Notes: generated by a model not told the origin, from the letters alone. A DNA stretch of 64,000 nucleotides from Anaerolineae bacterium (GCA_027021705.1 JALUTT010000077.1:62586-126585), one strand, 5' to 3'; shown: positions 1 to 10,089, counted from the stretch's first letter. Made by a program: numbers and translations.

Positions 1-2975
1 TGGGTGATCCGGGGAGGGGATTCGTCGCCTACCAGCACGGCGAGGCAGGCGCGGGCGGCCGGGTTGGCCATCAGAAGGCGATGGTGAGCGTCCAGCAGGA
101 GCACACCGTGGGGCACCGTGTCTATGATCTGCTGGACCTGCCGGGCCTGCTCCTGGGTCTGGGCCAACAACCGGGCGTTCTGGATGGCGATGGCGGCCTG
201 GGCGGCGAAGCGGGAGAGGAGGGCGGCATCTCCCAGGCTGAAGCAGCGCTGACCTCGGCCCGCCTGGATGATGAGCACGCCCAGGAACTCCTGGCCCCAC
301 CGGATGGGCACCCCAACGAGGGTGGCGGGGAGATCGGCCCACTTGGGGGAGCGACCAGGCCACGTCGAGTAGTCCTCGACGATGATGGGTTCGCCGGTGG
401 CCCAGACCTTCCCGGCCAACCCCTCGCCCCACTCGAGGGTGAAGCCTATCCGCCGCTCCAGTTCCTCGCCGACGGCGACGGCCCACTCCAGCACGTTTCG
501 ACGGGGGCGGTAGAGGTAGATCCCGCCGGTCTCACCATCCAGCAAGCGGATCGCCCGCTCGACGATCTGGCGCAGCAAGGTGTCCAGGTCGTGCAGGAGG
601 GCCAGGTCCTGAGAGACTTGGTAGAGGGCTTCCATCTGGTCGGCCTGCCGCCGGGTCTCGTCGAAGAGGCGGGCGTTCTCCAGGGCGATGGCGACCTGGG
701 CGGCCAGGGACTCCAACAGGCGGCGGTCGGCCTCCCCGAAGGCGTGGGGGCGGAAGGACTGAACGGAAATGGCTCCGACCAGACGATCGTGGGCGACCAG
801 GGGGATGCCCATCCAGGTCCGAGCCGGACGGGAGCCGTGCTGGGGTTCGGCGGGCAGGGGGTCCTTCTCCAAGTCCTCCACCAGCAGCGATCGCCGCTCC
901 CGCATCACCCAGCCGGTCAGGCCGCCCTCCGCCAGGGGCATCTCCATCCCGACGGCCCCGGGAACGGGCCGGCCCTCCTCCAGAGCGAGGACCACCTGGA
1001 GGGCATCCGTCTCGGCCTCGTAGAGGGCGACGACGAAGGTATCCGGTGCCAGCAGCCGGTGGATCTGCTCGGCGAGGCGTTGGAGCAGTTCCTCGGTGTC
1101 CAAGACACTGCTGATGGCCAGAGCTGTTTCATAGAGGCCGGCCAGTTCCTGGGCGCGGCGCCGGGACTCCTCGAAGAGGTGGGCGTTCTGGAAGGCGATG
1201 GCGGCCTGGACGGCGAAGGCGGCCAACCGATCGAGGTGTTCCGGGCGGTAGAAGCCGGGCTCGGTCTTGTCCAGGGAGAAGAAAGCGATGACCTCTCCGT
1301 GGATGATGATGGGAGCGCCGGCCCAAGAGCGCAGGTAGTCCGAAGCCCGGAACCGCACCCAGTCGGGGTCGGCAGCGGTGTCGGGGATGATCATCGGCTT
1401 CCCCGTTTCGATCATCTGGCGCAGGTTGGGCGTCGTAGCGATCTCCAGGCAGAGGGTGGCGACCTCGCGGGCGACCTCCTCGCCGAAACGGTCGTAGCCG
1501 CGCATCCGGGCGATGCAGACCTTTCCATCTCTGACCAACATCACGTTGGCCGCGTCATAGGGGACCACCCGGTCAAGCTGCTCCAAGAGGCGGTCGAGCA
1601 CGGCGTCGAAGTCGAGGGTAGCGCTGAGGGCGAGCCCGACCTCGTGCAACGCCTCGGCCAATTCTCGCTGCTGGCGCTCCGCTTCCAGCAATCGGCTCTT
1701 GGCGATGGCCAGGGCGATCTGCCGCGCGGCCTGTTCACCTCGGCTGATCTCCTCCGGCGTGAAGTGGTGGATCTCGTTGAAGGCGATGAGAGCCGCTCCC
1801 AGCTTCTCCTCTCTGGCGATGAGGGGAAGGGCCAGCAGCGAGCGGTCGGGGAACATCTCGGCGATGCGCCGGCTGAGGTAGGGGCTGTCGAAGACATCCT
1901 CGATGACCAACGGGCGGCCGGCCGCCAGGACGGAACCGGTCACCGTCGTCTCACCGGGCACCACCGTCACCGAGCGGTAGCGCTCCCGCCACTCTCCGTA
2001 GGCGGCTGCCGGGATGGGGACCTTCCGCTCTTCGTCCCAGAGGGTGATGTAGCAACTGTCGGCGTGGAAGAGCTCCCCCAGCCGGTCGGCGAGGACCTGG
2101 GTCATCGTGGGTAGGTCGGGCATCTCCAGGGCGGCCCGGGTGATCTCGTTCAGGAGGGCGAGGAACTGCTCTCGGGCCTGCAAGGTTTCTTCGGCCTGTT
2201 TGCGGTGGATGGCGAAGGCGATGTGGTAGGCGATGGTCTGGGCCATCCGCACCTCTTCCTCGGTGAAGGGGTGGGGGGTGTCGTAGTAGAGCATGAACTT
2301 CCCCATCAGCCGGCCCCGATGGACGAGGGGGATGGCTCCCAGTCCCCGGATCCCCTCGGCGAGAATGACCGCCTGCAGGTCCTTCAGTTCGGGGGCTTCG
2401 GCGGCGTCGGGAACCAGCACAGGGGCGGGATCCCATTCCTCAGGCGCCCAAGGGGAATGGCCCTCCACCGCCCGACGATAGTCCTCCGAAAGGCCGTGCC
2501 AGGCTTTGAAGCGCATCACGCCGTCGGGATCGAGGAGCAGGATGGCTGTCCGGTCGGCCTTGATGGCACCCTCCAGTGCACTGAGGGCTTCCTCGTAGAT
2601 CTCCTCGACGGCTTCGGTGCGGTTGACGGTGTCGGTCAGGTGGTAGAGGGCCTGGAGTTGCCGGAGGCGTTGGTGCAGAGTCTCCGTCGTCCGCCGCTCC
2701 TCCTGCACGAAGCGAGCCAGGAAGATGACGGCCAGGAAGGCCAGGAGGCTCACCATCAGCCCCGGCAGTTCGGTCAAGGAATTGAGCAGTGGGAGCGCTG
2801 GTCCCCCATGCTCGGACCACAGTGCCAGCCCTGGCCGAACGGCCATCAGAGCTAGCATCACCGTCAAGAACCCCATTCGCCAGTCCCGCACCCGTCGTAG
2901 CAGGACGATGGACCAGCCCGTTGCCACCAGGCGAATCCCTATGGAGAGGACGAGCACCAGAACCGCCAATGACAC
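1..2975 (-). CDS. Membrane-anchored multi-GAF signal transduction protein, 3' end beyond the window start
   Basis: Absent from the ORF track because no stop lies in the window. GTG at 2975 follows AGGAGGT; hydrophobic N-terminus (MSLAVLVLVLSIGIRLVATGWSIVLL...); repeated GAF-end motifs (AIALENARLF). The + ORFs 81..2114 and 2205..2855 are its antisense shadows in the same codon register. Confidence 0.85.
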   Translation of the reverse strand, partial: MSLAVLVLVLSIGIRLVATGWSIVLLRRVRDWRMGFLTVMLALMAVRPGLALWSEHGGPALPLLNSLTELPGLMVSLLAFLAVIFLARFVQEERRTTETLHQRLRQLQALYHLTDTVNRTEAVEEIYEEALSALEGAIKADRTAILLLDPDGVMRFKAWHGLSEDYRRAVEGHSPWAPEEWDPAPVLVPDAAEAPELKDLQAVILAEGIRGLGAIPLVHRGRLMGKFMLYYDTPHPFTEEEVRMAQTIAYHIAFAIHRKQAEETLQAREQFLALLNEITRAALEMPDLPTMTQVLADRLGELFHADSCYITLWDEERKVPIPAAAYGEWRERYRSVTVVPGETTVTGSVLAAGRPLVIEDVFDSPYLSRRIAEMFPDRSLLALPLIAREEKLGAALIAFNEIHHFTPEEISRGEQAARQIALAIAKSRLLEAERQQRELAEALHEVGLALSATLDFDAVLDRLLEQLDRVVPYDAANVMLVRDGKVCIARMRGYDRFGEEVAREVATLCLEIATTPNLRQMIETGKPMIIPDTAADPDWVRFRASDYLRSWAGAPIIIHGEVIAFFSLDKTEPGFYRPEHLDRLAAFAVQAAIAFQNAHLFEESRRRAQELAGLYETALAISSVLDTEELLQRLAEQIHRLLAPDTFVVALYEAETDALQVVLALEEGRPVPGAVGMEMPLAEGGLTGWVMRERRSLLVEDLEKDPLPAEPQHGSRPARTWMGIPLVAHDRLVGAISVQSFRPHAFGEADRRLLESLAAQVAIALENARLFDETRRQADQMEALYQVSQDLALLHDLDTLLRQIVERAIRLLDGETGGIYLYRPRRNVLEWAVAVGEELERRIGFTLEWGEGLAGKVWATGEPIIVEDYSTWPGRSPKWADLPATLVGVPIRWGQEFLGVLIIQAGRGQRCFSLGDAALLSRFAAQAAIAIQNARLLAQTQEQARQVQQIIDTVPHGVLLLDAHHRLLMANPAARACLAVLVGDESPPRIT

Positions 2976-3000
2976 CTCGCGTACCTCCTAGGCCCTTGAG

Positions 3001-3066
3001 GGGACACGGATGGACACGGATGGGACGGGTTCACACGGATAGGCCCTGAAAAGTCCGTGTCCATAC
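3001..3066. repeat. Short CACGGAT-type imperfect palindromic repeat
   Basis: gacacggatggacacggat...cacacggat followed by the inverted gtccgtgtccat. Confidence 0.55.
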
Positions 3067-3114
3067 GTCGGCCTTGAGGGTGTTTTCCTACGGAAGACGA
3101 AGAACCCCGGCTCT

Positions 3115-3143
3115 ATGATACTACAAGCCGGGGGGAGATACAA
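3115..3143 (-). promoter_or_regulatory. Sigma70-type promoter for the GAF gene
   Basis: TTGTAT-N17-TATCAT on the minus strand, 140 bp upstream of the GTG. Confidence 0.5.
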
Positions 3144-3149
3144 GGGGTT

Positions 3150-3275
3150 CGTAGTCCGTAGTCCTCGGTCCTCAGTCCATAGTCCTCGGTCCTCAGCCCT
3201 CAACCAGCGGTCGGCGGTCGTATCCGGTCCTCAGTCCGCCGCTAAGCCGCTATCCGCTAGCCTCGCTAGGCTGCT
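3150..3275. repeat. Composite 7-mer (GTCCTCG/GTCCTCA) and 8-mer (GCCGCTAG-like) intergenic tandem tract
   Basis: Same unit families recur at about 24550-24678, 35833-35910, 36070-36182, 54201-54279, 57853-57977 and 61099-61134. Confidence 0.75.
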
Positions 3276-4251
3276 CGATCGGCGGGTAGGGGGTGGTGCC
3301 CAGGCGGGAGAGGAGGGCGGCACCCAGGGCCAGTCCCATCAGCAGCCACATCACGAGGCCGCCCAGGCAGGGTACCAGGGTTTCCACCAGCCGCGCTCCC
3401 AGGGTGAGCAGGAAGGCCCCGCCACCCACCACCAGCGGGGGGGGTAGGGAGAGGTTCAGCGAGCGGGCGACCTGCTCTCCCAGACGGGATCCCAGGCCGG
3501 CCCATCCTAGCAGGCCAACCGCTGTGGCCGCGACGACCAGGACCGGGATCAAGGGGGCACCGCAGATGGTGATCAGCAGCGTGAAGGAGAGGGCGGCCAC
3601 GGCGAGGATGCTCAGGCAGCCCACGCTTAGGCTGGGCAGGGGCGATTGCAGAGCCGTCTCACCGACCAGAGCCATCTGGCGAGGCCAGAGGGCGTGGATG
3701 ACCACGGCGATCAGGCCGATGGCCAGGGCGGACAGCAGCGCACCGACGCCACGCCAGACCACCAGGGCCGGCCCTTCGGTCCAGAAGAAGCTGGGGAAGC
3801 GCCAGGACCAGGACCAGAAGCGCCTCCAGGCTCGCCCTGGCCCCACCCCTCGCCAGGGGAAGGTCTCAACCAGCCTCCCGTAACGGGCCCCGGGCATCGC
3901 TTCGACGCGCCCCCCCAGGGTGACCACGTCGCCGGCCACGTGGGCCGATTCGTTCAGGGTGACGTCGGCCCCCAGCACGACCAGGTCGCCGCTGATGTAG
4001 CCGGCGATGGTGGCGTTGCTGCCCACAGCGGTCACACTGCCCAGCACCTCGCTTCCCGGTTCCATGCGCAGGACGGCCCCGATGAGGACCAGGTCGCCGC
4101 GGATCCGGTCGCCCTCGCGCAGCACCAGTTGGCGTCCGACGACGACCTCATCGCCCAACGGTCCTAAGGCCAGGGCCCGGGTCGGGGGAAAGAGGAGGCT
4201 TGTCAGCCCCAGCAGCACAACGGCAGCAAGTATCCCGACAATTCGACGCAT
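3250..4251 (-). CDS. Membrane protein with N-terminal bactofilin-like (polymer-forming cytoskeletal) beta-helix repeats
   Basis: Signal peptide, G-D-V/L-V-x-x-G-G repeats, then several TM helices; AAGGAG RBS; this type of gene usually follows ECF sigma/anti-sigma pairs. Confidence 0.75.
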   Translation of the reverse strand: MRRIVGILAAVVLLGLTSLLFPPTRALALGPLGDEVVVGRQLVLREGDRIRGDLVLIGAVLRMEPGSEVLGSVTAVGSNATIAGYISGDLVVLGADVTLNESAHVAGDVVTLGGRVEAMPGARYGRLVETFPWRGVGPGRAWRRFWSWSWRFPSFFWTEGPALVVWRGVGALLSALAIGLIAVVIHALWPRQMALVGETALQSPLPSLSVGCLSILAVAALSFTLLITICGAPLIPVLVVAATAVGLLGWAGLGSRLGEQVARSLNLSLPPPLVVGGGAFLLTLGARLVETLVPCLGGLVMWLLMGLALGAALLSRLGTTPYPPIEQPSEASG

Positions 4252-4280
4252 ACGGTTTTCTCCTTGCAGAGCGGTTCTTC

Positions 4281-5039
4281 CTACGCTTCCACAACGAACT
4301 GCAAAGCAGCGATCAGAGACGCGAACACACGCTTGATTTCCTCTTCGTCGGCCAGCGAGAGAAGCTTGCCGGCGAAGACGGCTGGTGACATTCCTAACCG
4401 GACTGTGGCCAGGTAGATTCGCACATAGTCCTTGGCCTCTCGCATACGGATGCCATTGCGTCGGAGCAACTCGGGGACTTCCTGACGGACCTTCTCTGCA
4501 AGGGCAGCCTCGCCAACGCTTTCCAGGCCAATTCCTTGGAGCAGTCGCGTTGCGGTTCGAGGATGCAGGGCCAGAGCAAGCACGTAGTCATCTGTTGTAG
4601 ACTTGGTGAACCGCTGCGACAGGCCGGGTATTGATGGGTAATGGGCGACATGAAGAGCCAGCCGCAGGTCCGGCTCATCCGATTGCCACGTGAAAACGTT
4701 AGCGTAGTCAGGATGAACAGCCAAGCTAGGCATTTTTGCAAACCCGCGCTCTTCAAAAAGGCGGCGGACAGTTTCTGCCACGCTCTGCCGGATGCTGTCG
4801 AGAGACTCGCCCTCATCCTCGTCCAGATCCCGCATAACCAGACAGCGCACAGGCGCTGCACCGAGCTCCGGTCCCAACTCGTTTCTGATCGCCTGGATGA
4901 CTTGTGCCTTGCCGCCTTTCCGCTCGCGCAGGCGTTTCTTCCAACCAGGGTTAAGATTGACGCTCAATTGGCGTTCCATCAGATGGATCACCACATTTTT
5001 CTCCGTATCCCCTTCAACGAATACGTGGGGCAAGTCCAT
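4281..5039 (-). CDS. TOPRIM-like protein (DUF3226/DUF4435-like), partner of the upstream ATPase
   Basis: FVEGDTE and MRDLDED (E...DxD) motifs; 4 bp from the ATPase stop; visibly lower GC than flanking genes. Confidence 0.6.
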   Translation of the reverse strand: MDLPHVFVEGDTEKNVVIHLMERQLSVNLNPGWKKRLRERKGGKAQVIQAIRNELGPELGAAPVRCLVMRDLDEDEGESLDSIRQSVAETVRRLFEERGFAKMPSLAVHPDYANVFTWQSDEPDLRLALHVAHYPSIPGLSQRFTKSTTDDYVLALALHPRTATRLLQGIGLESVGEAALAEKVRQEVPELLRRNGIRMREAKDYVRIYLATVRLGMSPAVFAGKLLSLADEEEIKRVFASLIAALQFVVEA

Positions 5040-5043
5040 GGCT

Positions 5044-6282
5044 CTATTCCTCCTCCCGCAGCGAGAAGAAGAGTGGGCTGGTCAGTTCATCCCCCCATGC
5101 TCGGGGGTCCCGTCCAGCTTCTAACCAGGCGATCAGGTTGTCTGCGTCAAACCACGAAGAGCGGAGAGTCCCCTCCTCCAAAGCCAACCGGAAAGCTATG
5201 ATCTGGCTTCCGTTGATCTGACCCCTTCGGGCCATCTCTGTGAAGCATGCGACCACTTCCAGGCTCTGGCTGCTGATGAAAAGCTGGACCGGTTTCCCGT
5301 GTACGATCTCTGCCACTTCCTGGAGAAGGCGATCCAGTGTTCGGGGGTGCTGGAACAACTCCGGCTCCTCCCATAGGACCAAGCCTGGCTCTCCGTCCTT
5401 GGTCAACTCAGCTAAGGCGATCAGAGGGGTCAGGAGCTTGAACGCTGCCCGTGCTCCGTCCCCGTACATATCAATTGGCATCGCCCGTCGTTTCTCTGGC
5501 GCGATCCATCCTTGCTCCCAGCGGCTGTCCAGCCCAGCCGGCGGCAAGAACTGCACGCTGAACGGCTCACCGATATCGAAGACCTTTCCAAAGTGGTGGG
5601 CAATTCGGTGGGACCAGCCGGGAATCTCTCCCAACATACGTTGGTAGAAATCCAAGAGCAAATGACGCTGGATGATGTCCATCTCGTAAAAGAGCACCCG
5701 GCGTGGCACAGGAATGTCTCCCTGGATAACCCAGGTGGCGCTTCCCTGCCGGTGGTAGCTCAGCTCAGGGTGCCAGCAAAAACACAAACTCTTCCCCGAG
5801 AAGGGCAGGATTTCACGGCCGCCGAGCTTTTCAGCCAGCACTTCGGCTTCCTGTTCCAAGTTCCGCACCGTAGACCTCAGGCTGAAGAGGGCGACGACTT
5901 GTTCCTCACCCTTAGGGAATCCGCCTTCGGTGCTGAGGGTAAAGGAACGCAAGGCTGACTCTCGGTCCTCAACGGTAATCCGCAACAGGCCACCATCCCA
6001 GCGCCCCAGTCCCTTCCATCGCTCTGGAAGCCCGTGTTTGGTCCACACCCGGGAAAGCGGGTGATACCCTAGCATATCTTTGTCTGACACCCCCACATCA
6101 TAGGTGCGTTCCTGGTGGGTCAGCACAGCCTCACGTCCCGCCGTGGCCGCCAAGTAGAGGGCTTCCAACAAGGTGGACTTCCCGGCGTTGTTGGGGCCGA
6201 TCAACAGGTTAAACTGCCGGAAACGGCTCACCACCCCCTGCTGAATGCCCCGGAAATTCCTGAACCTGATGCTTGTGATCAT
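5044..6282 (-). CDS. ABC-type P-loop ATPase (AAA_15/AAA_21, OLD/AbiEii-like)
   Basis: MITSIRFRNFRGI start, Walker A GPNNAGKST, signature-like MYGDG, Walker B LVLWEEPE, FISSQS switch. Confidence 0.85.
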   Translation of the reverse strand: MITSIRFRNFRGIQQGVVSRFRQFNLLIGPNNAGKSTLLEALYLAATAGREAVLTHQERTYDVGVSDKDMLGYHPLSRVWTKHGLPERWKGLGRWDGGLLRITVEDRESALRSFTLSTEGGFPKGEEQVVALFSLRSTVRNLEQEAEVLAEKLGGREILPFSGKSLCFCWHPELSYHRQGSATWVIQGDIPVPRRVLFYEMDIIQRHLLLDFYQRMLGEIPGWSHRIAHHFGKVFDIGEPFSVQFLPPAGLDSRWEQGWIAPEKRRAMPIDMYGDGARAAFKLLTPLIALAELTKDGEPGLVLWEEPELFQHPRTLDRLLQEVAEIVHGKPVQLFISSQSLEVVACFTEMARRGQINGSQIIAFRLALEEGTLRSSWFDADNLIAWLEAGRDPRAWGDELTSPLFFSLREEE

Positions 6283-6345
6283 AGGATTGCCTCCTGGGCG
6301 ACCTTCTCGGACATACGGCCACTCACTCGCGGGTGCACTCTTCGT

Positions 6346-6894
6346 TCAGGGAGTCTGGACCCGCCGATCCGCGCTTCTGAGGCGGTAGGCGCCCGACTGG
6401 AGGCCCAGCAGGAAGAGCAAGAGCGCCCCCAGAGCGGCGTGGGCGGCCGCGCCGAGGGAGAGGTCCAGACCGGCGGCCAGGGCGTGCGCCGCAATCCAAA
6501 GCCCCCGCAAGGTGTGCCATACCACCACCAGCCCGTGGCGGGCGAGTTGGCGGATCACCTCCGCGTCGGGGGAGAGGGGGAGCGGGAGGAGCCAGCCCTG
6601 CAGAAGCGGGGCGAAGGCGAGCAGGGCCGCCGCTGCCAGCACGACCAACCCCCCGCCCAGCCGACGGCGGGCGTTCTGACGGGCCAGCCGGGCTGCCACC
6701 CGGTCGGCGAACCCCGGCGCCGGCGGAACCAGGGGCGCACGACCGAGCCAGTTCTCGACGGCCTGAAGCGCGGTCCACTCCGCCTGACAGACCGGGCAAC
6801 GATCCAGGTGGGCTTCCAATCGGTTCACATCGGACAGCACCAGGGTGCCATCCAGAGCGTCCATCATCAGCAGGCCGGCTTCTTCGCAGTTCAT
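6346..6894 (-). CDS. Zinc-finger (zf-HC2/ZAS) transmembrane anti-sigma factor
   Basis: MNC...HLDRCPVC (HxxxCxxC) motif and TM helices; directly after the ECF sigma. Confidence 0.85.
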   Translation of the reverse strand: MNCEEAGLLMMDALDGTLVLSDVNRLEAHLDRCPVCQAEWTALQAVENWLGRAPLVPPAPGFADRVAARLARQNARRRLGGGLVVLAAAALLAFAPLLQGWLLPLPLSPDAEVIRQLARHGLVVVWHTLRGLWIAAHALAAGLDLSLGAAAHAALGALLLFLLGLQSGAYRLRSADRRVQTP

Positions 6895-6913
6895 AGGCTC
6901 ACCTCCTCAGCGC

Positions 6914-7513
6914 TCAGGCGGGCTCCGAGGCGGGCCGGGGCGCATTGGGCACCAGGCCGGCCTGCTGAGCAGCCCGGGCCAGCATACGCCGGGCCCGGAA
7001 GAGCCGGGACTTGACGGCGCTGACGGTGCTCTCGGTCATCTGGGCGATCTCCTCATAGGAGAGGTCGTACCAATAGCGGAGCACGATGGCCATCCGGTAG
7101 TCGGGGGGCAACGTGGCCAGCAGGGCCTGGACCTGGGCCTCTCGCTCTGCTTGCTCCACCGCCTGCTCCGGGTCGGTCTCCGGGCCGGCCTCCGGCCCGG
7201 TCCACCCCGCAGCCTGGAGGGTCTCCTCTTCCAAGGAGAGCCAGGTGAGCCGGCGGCGTCGCAGCAGGTCAATGCAGTGGTGGGCGGCGATGGCGAGCAG
7301 CCAGGCGCTGAACTTACGGGTAGGATCGTAGCGGTGGAGCTCGCGGTAGGCCCGCAGAAAGGTCTCCTGAGCCGCCTCCTCGGCCTCCATCGGATCGCCC
7401 AACATCCGGTAGGCCAGGTTGTAGACGGGGACCTGATAGGTTTCCACCAGTTGGGTGAAGGCAGCCTGATCCCCCTGCCGCGCCCGTTCGATCCAGTCCC
7501 GCTCCGTATCCAC
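6914..7513 (-). CDS. ECF sigma-70 family RNA polymerase sigma factor
   Basis: GDQAAFTQLV, AEEAAQETFLRAY, KFSAWL (region 2) and LSYEEIA...VKSRLFRAR (region 4). The likely start is GTG 7513 rather than 7690. Confidence 0.9.
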   Translation of the reverse strand: MDTERDWIERARQGDQAAFTQLVETYQVPVYNLAYRMLGDPMEAEEAAQETFLRAYRELHRYDPTRKFSAWLLAIAAHHCIDLLRRRRLTWLSLEEETLQAAGWTGPEAGPETDPEQAVEQAEREAQVQALLATLPPDYRMAIVLRYWYDLSYEEIAQMTESTVSAVKSRLFRARRMLARAAQQAGLVPNAPRPASEPA

Positions 7514-7733
7514 GCCATTCCGCTCCCCGCTGAACCTGATCGGTGGCAAGCCAGCCCCACGATGGGGGTGGGGCGTCGGCGTCCATAGGGCTATACGCAC
7601 CGGGGGCTGGAAAGTTGCACGTCTCGATTGTATCACAGCCGGGAGTGGACGGCAACCTTTAGTTGCCATAGAGGTCTCCTCGTTGTACAATTCTCTACGT
7701 CCATATCCACCCCCCGGAAAGTGAGGTCAGGGC

Positions 7734-10088
7734 TTGAGCGACTCCCCCTCAATCCCTCTGTACGAAATCGAGCGGGCGCGGCGCGAAGCGCTGGAGATGC
7801 TTCAGGCGGCGGCTGCCGACCTCACGGCGGAGCTGGACCTGGAAGTGTTGTTGGATCGGCTGGCCGAGCGGGCTGCTGCCCTATTCAACGTACCGACCAT
7901 CAGCGTGATGCTGTGGGAACCCGAGGAAGATATGGCGACCATCTACGCCTCCCGGGGGCTCTCACCTGCCTACGTGGCGGGCCAACGGATCCCCCGAAGG
8001 GAGGCAGAGCAGGTCTTGGAGACGGCCGACTGGCGTCCCTTCGTCCTCGACCTTCGTGCTAATCCCTTGGGCGACCGGGACCTTATCCTCAAGGAAGACC
8101 TCTACAACGTCCTGGCCGCCCCTTTTGTCTTCCGGGGGCGGTTGCTGGGCTCTCTCAACCTCTATGGCAAGGGAGCACCTCGGGATTTCACTCAGGACGA
8201 GATGCGGCTGGCCGGCATCCTGGCCAACCAAATGGCCGTCGCCATCGAGAACGCCCGTCTCTTCCAGGAAACCCGCCGGCGGGCCGACGAGATGGCTGCC
8301 CTGCTGGAGGTGGATCGCCAGATCTCGTCTACCCTCAATCTGCCTCGCCTCCTGGAACTGATCGCCAGCCAGGCCCAACGGGTTCTCCAGGCGGATCACA
8401 GCGATCTCTACCTGCTGGAGGAGGATGGCAAGACGCTCCAGGCCGTGGTCTCCATCGGTGATTACGCCCTCGATGTGATGGCCACGCCCCTGCAGGTGGG
8501 CCGGGGGATTGTGGGGCTGGTGGCTCAGACAGGCCGGGCGGAGATCGTCAATCGGGTGGACCTGGACCCCCGGGCAATGCGGCTGCCCAACATCCCCGAT
8601 CGTCCCCAGGCTCTCCTGTGCGCACCGCTGATCTCCCGAGGCAAGGTCATCGGGGTGCTCGCCCTCAGCCGGATGGGGGGGCGAGAGTTCGTCCAGGCCG
8701 ATCTGAACTTCCTGGTCGGCCTGGCCCGGCAGGCGACCATCGCCATGGAAAATGCACGGCTCTTCCAGGCCGCCCAGCAGCGGGCGGAGGCCCTGGCTCG
8801 CCGGACCGAGGCCCTGATCCAGTTGGTCGAGTTCTCCCGTACCTTGGCCACCAGCCTGGAGATGGAGACGATCCTGAACCACCTGGTCAGGAGGATGGGC
8901 AACCATTTCGAGGCGGCAGTCACCACGGTGGCCCTGACAACCGAAGGGGAGGGAGACCCCGCCTTTCGGATCGTGACCGTCTACGACCGGACGGGGCGGC
9001 TCTCCCAAGAGAGGTGGGTGATCCCCGCATCTCGCTCACCGGCGCTGGCCCGCGTGATCCGGGAACGCTGTCCGCTCTTCATCGGCGATCTGGCTCCGAC
9101 CTCGTTGACCGAGCTCTTCCTCGAAGAGGAGCGGGAGGCGATCGCCCACCTACAGGTCCACGCTGTGCTTATCCTGCCCCTCCTCTGCCAGGAAGAGGCG
9201 ATCGGCGCGGTCAGCCTGTGGATGCAGCGGATCATCCGCCGTCTCCCCGACGGGGAGCTGGACTGGGCGAAGGCCGTCGCCGACCAGGCTGCCCTGGCCC
9301 TCCAGAACGCCCGCCTGTACGCCGAATCCCGGCAGCAGGCCCGGGAGATGGCCGCCGCCCTGGAACGTCAACAGGAGCTGGACCGCCTGCAACGCCAGTT
9401 CATCCAGAACGTCTCCCACGAACTGCGCACCCCACTGGCCCTGGTCCAGGGGTACGTGGAGTTGCTCCACGCCGGTGACCTGGGTCCTCTCGACCCCGTG
9501 CAGCACCAAACCCTCTCCATCGTCGTGGATAAGGTCAAAGTGCTGGCTCGACTGGTCGAGTCCATCACGGCGCTGCAGGAGATCGAGAGCGGCCCTCTGA
9601 CGCTCCACCCGCTCTCGCTGACCGAGGTGGCCCAGACGGCCCTCAAAGGCGTCCAGCAGACGGCCTACCGGGCGGGCGTGGAGCTGGTGCTGGAAGTGGA
9701 GGACCAACTGCCTCTGGTGTACGGGGACAGGGCCCGGCTGGGGCTGGTCTTTCACCATCTGCTGGAGAACGCCATCAAGTTCAGCCCCGACGGCGGGCGG
9801 GTGACGCTACGGCTGGGTGCCGATTCCCAGATGGCCCGGATCGAGGTTTCGGATCAAGGGGTGGGCATCCCCTCCGATCAACAGGAGCGCATCTTCGATC
9901 GCTTTTACCAGGTGGATGGCTCCGCCACCCGCCGTTTCGGAGGGGCGGGGCTGGGATTGGCTGTGGTCAAGGAGATCGTCTTGGCCCACGGGGGCCGTGT
10001 AGGGGTGGAGAGCCGAGCGGGCCGGGGCAGTACCTTTACCGTAGAGCTGCCGTTGGCCCCCTTGCAGGATGCGGACACCGAGGGCTGA
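7734..10088 (+). CDS. Multi-GAF sensor histidine kinase
   Basis: Three GAF domains (AIENARLF-type ends), H-box SHELRTPL, ENAIKF, DQGVGI and GAGLGL boxes. Confidence 0.92.
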   Translation: MSDSPSIPLYEIERARREALEMLQAAAADLTAELDLEVLLDRLAERAAALFNVPTISVMLWEPEEDMATIYASRGLSPAYVAGQRIPRREAEQVLETADWRPFVLDLRANPLGDRDLILKEDLYNVLAAPFVFRGRLLGSLNLYGKGAPRDFTQDEMRLAGILANQMAVAIENARLFQETRRRADEMAALLEVDRQISSTLNLPRLLELIASQAQRVLQADHSDLYLLEEDGKTLQAVVSIGDYALDVMATPLQVGRGIVGLVAQTGRAEIVNRVDLDPRAMRLPNIPDRPQALLCAPLISRGKVIGVLALSRMGGREFVQADLNFLVGLARQATIAMENARLFQAAQQRAEALARRTEALIQLVEFSRTLATSLEMETILNHLVRRMGNHFEAAVTTVALTTEGEGDPAFRIVTVYDRTGRLSQERWVIPASRSPALARVIRERCPLFIGDLAPTSLTELFLEEEREAIAHLQVHAVLILPLLCQEEAIGAVSLWMQRIIRRLPDGELDWAKAVADQAALALQNARLYAESRQQAREMAAALERQQELDRLQRQFIQNVSHELRTPLALVQGYVELLHAGDLGPLDPVQHQTLSIVVDKVKVLARLVESITALQEIESGPLTLHPLSLTEVAQTALKGVQQTAYRAGVELVLEVEDQLPLVYGDRARLGLVFHHLLENAIKFSPDGGRVTLRLGADSQMARIEVSDQGVGIPSDQQERIFDRFYQVDGSATRRFGGAGLGLAVVKEIVLAHGGRVGVESRAGRGSTFTVELPLAPLQDADTEG

Positions 10089-10089
10089 G

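Noticed and set aside
81..2855. Long + strand ORFs 81..2114 and 2205..2855
   Set aside because: Antisense shadows of the minus-strand GAF gene; no motifs.
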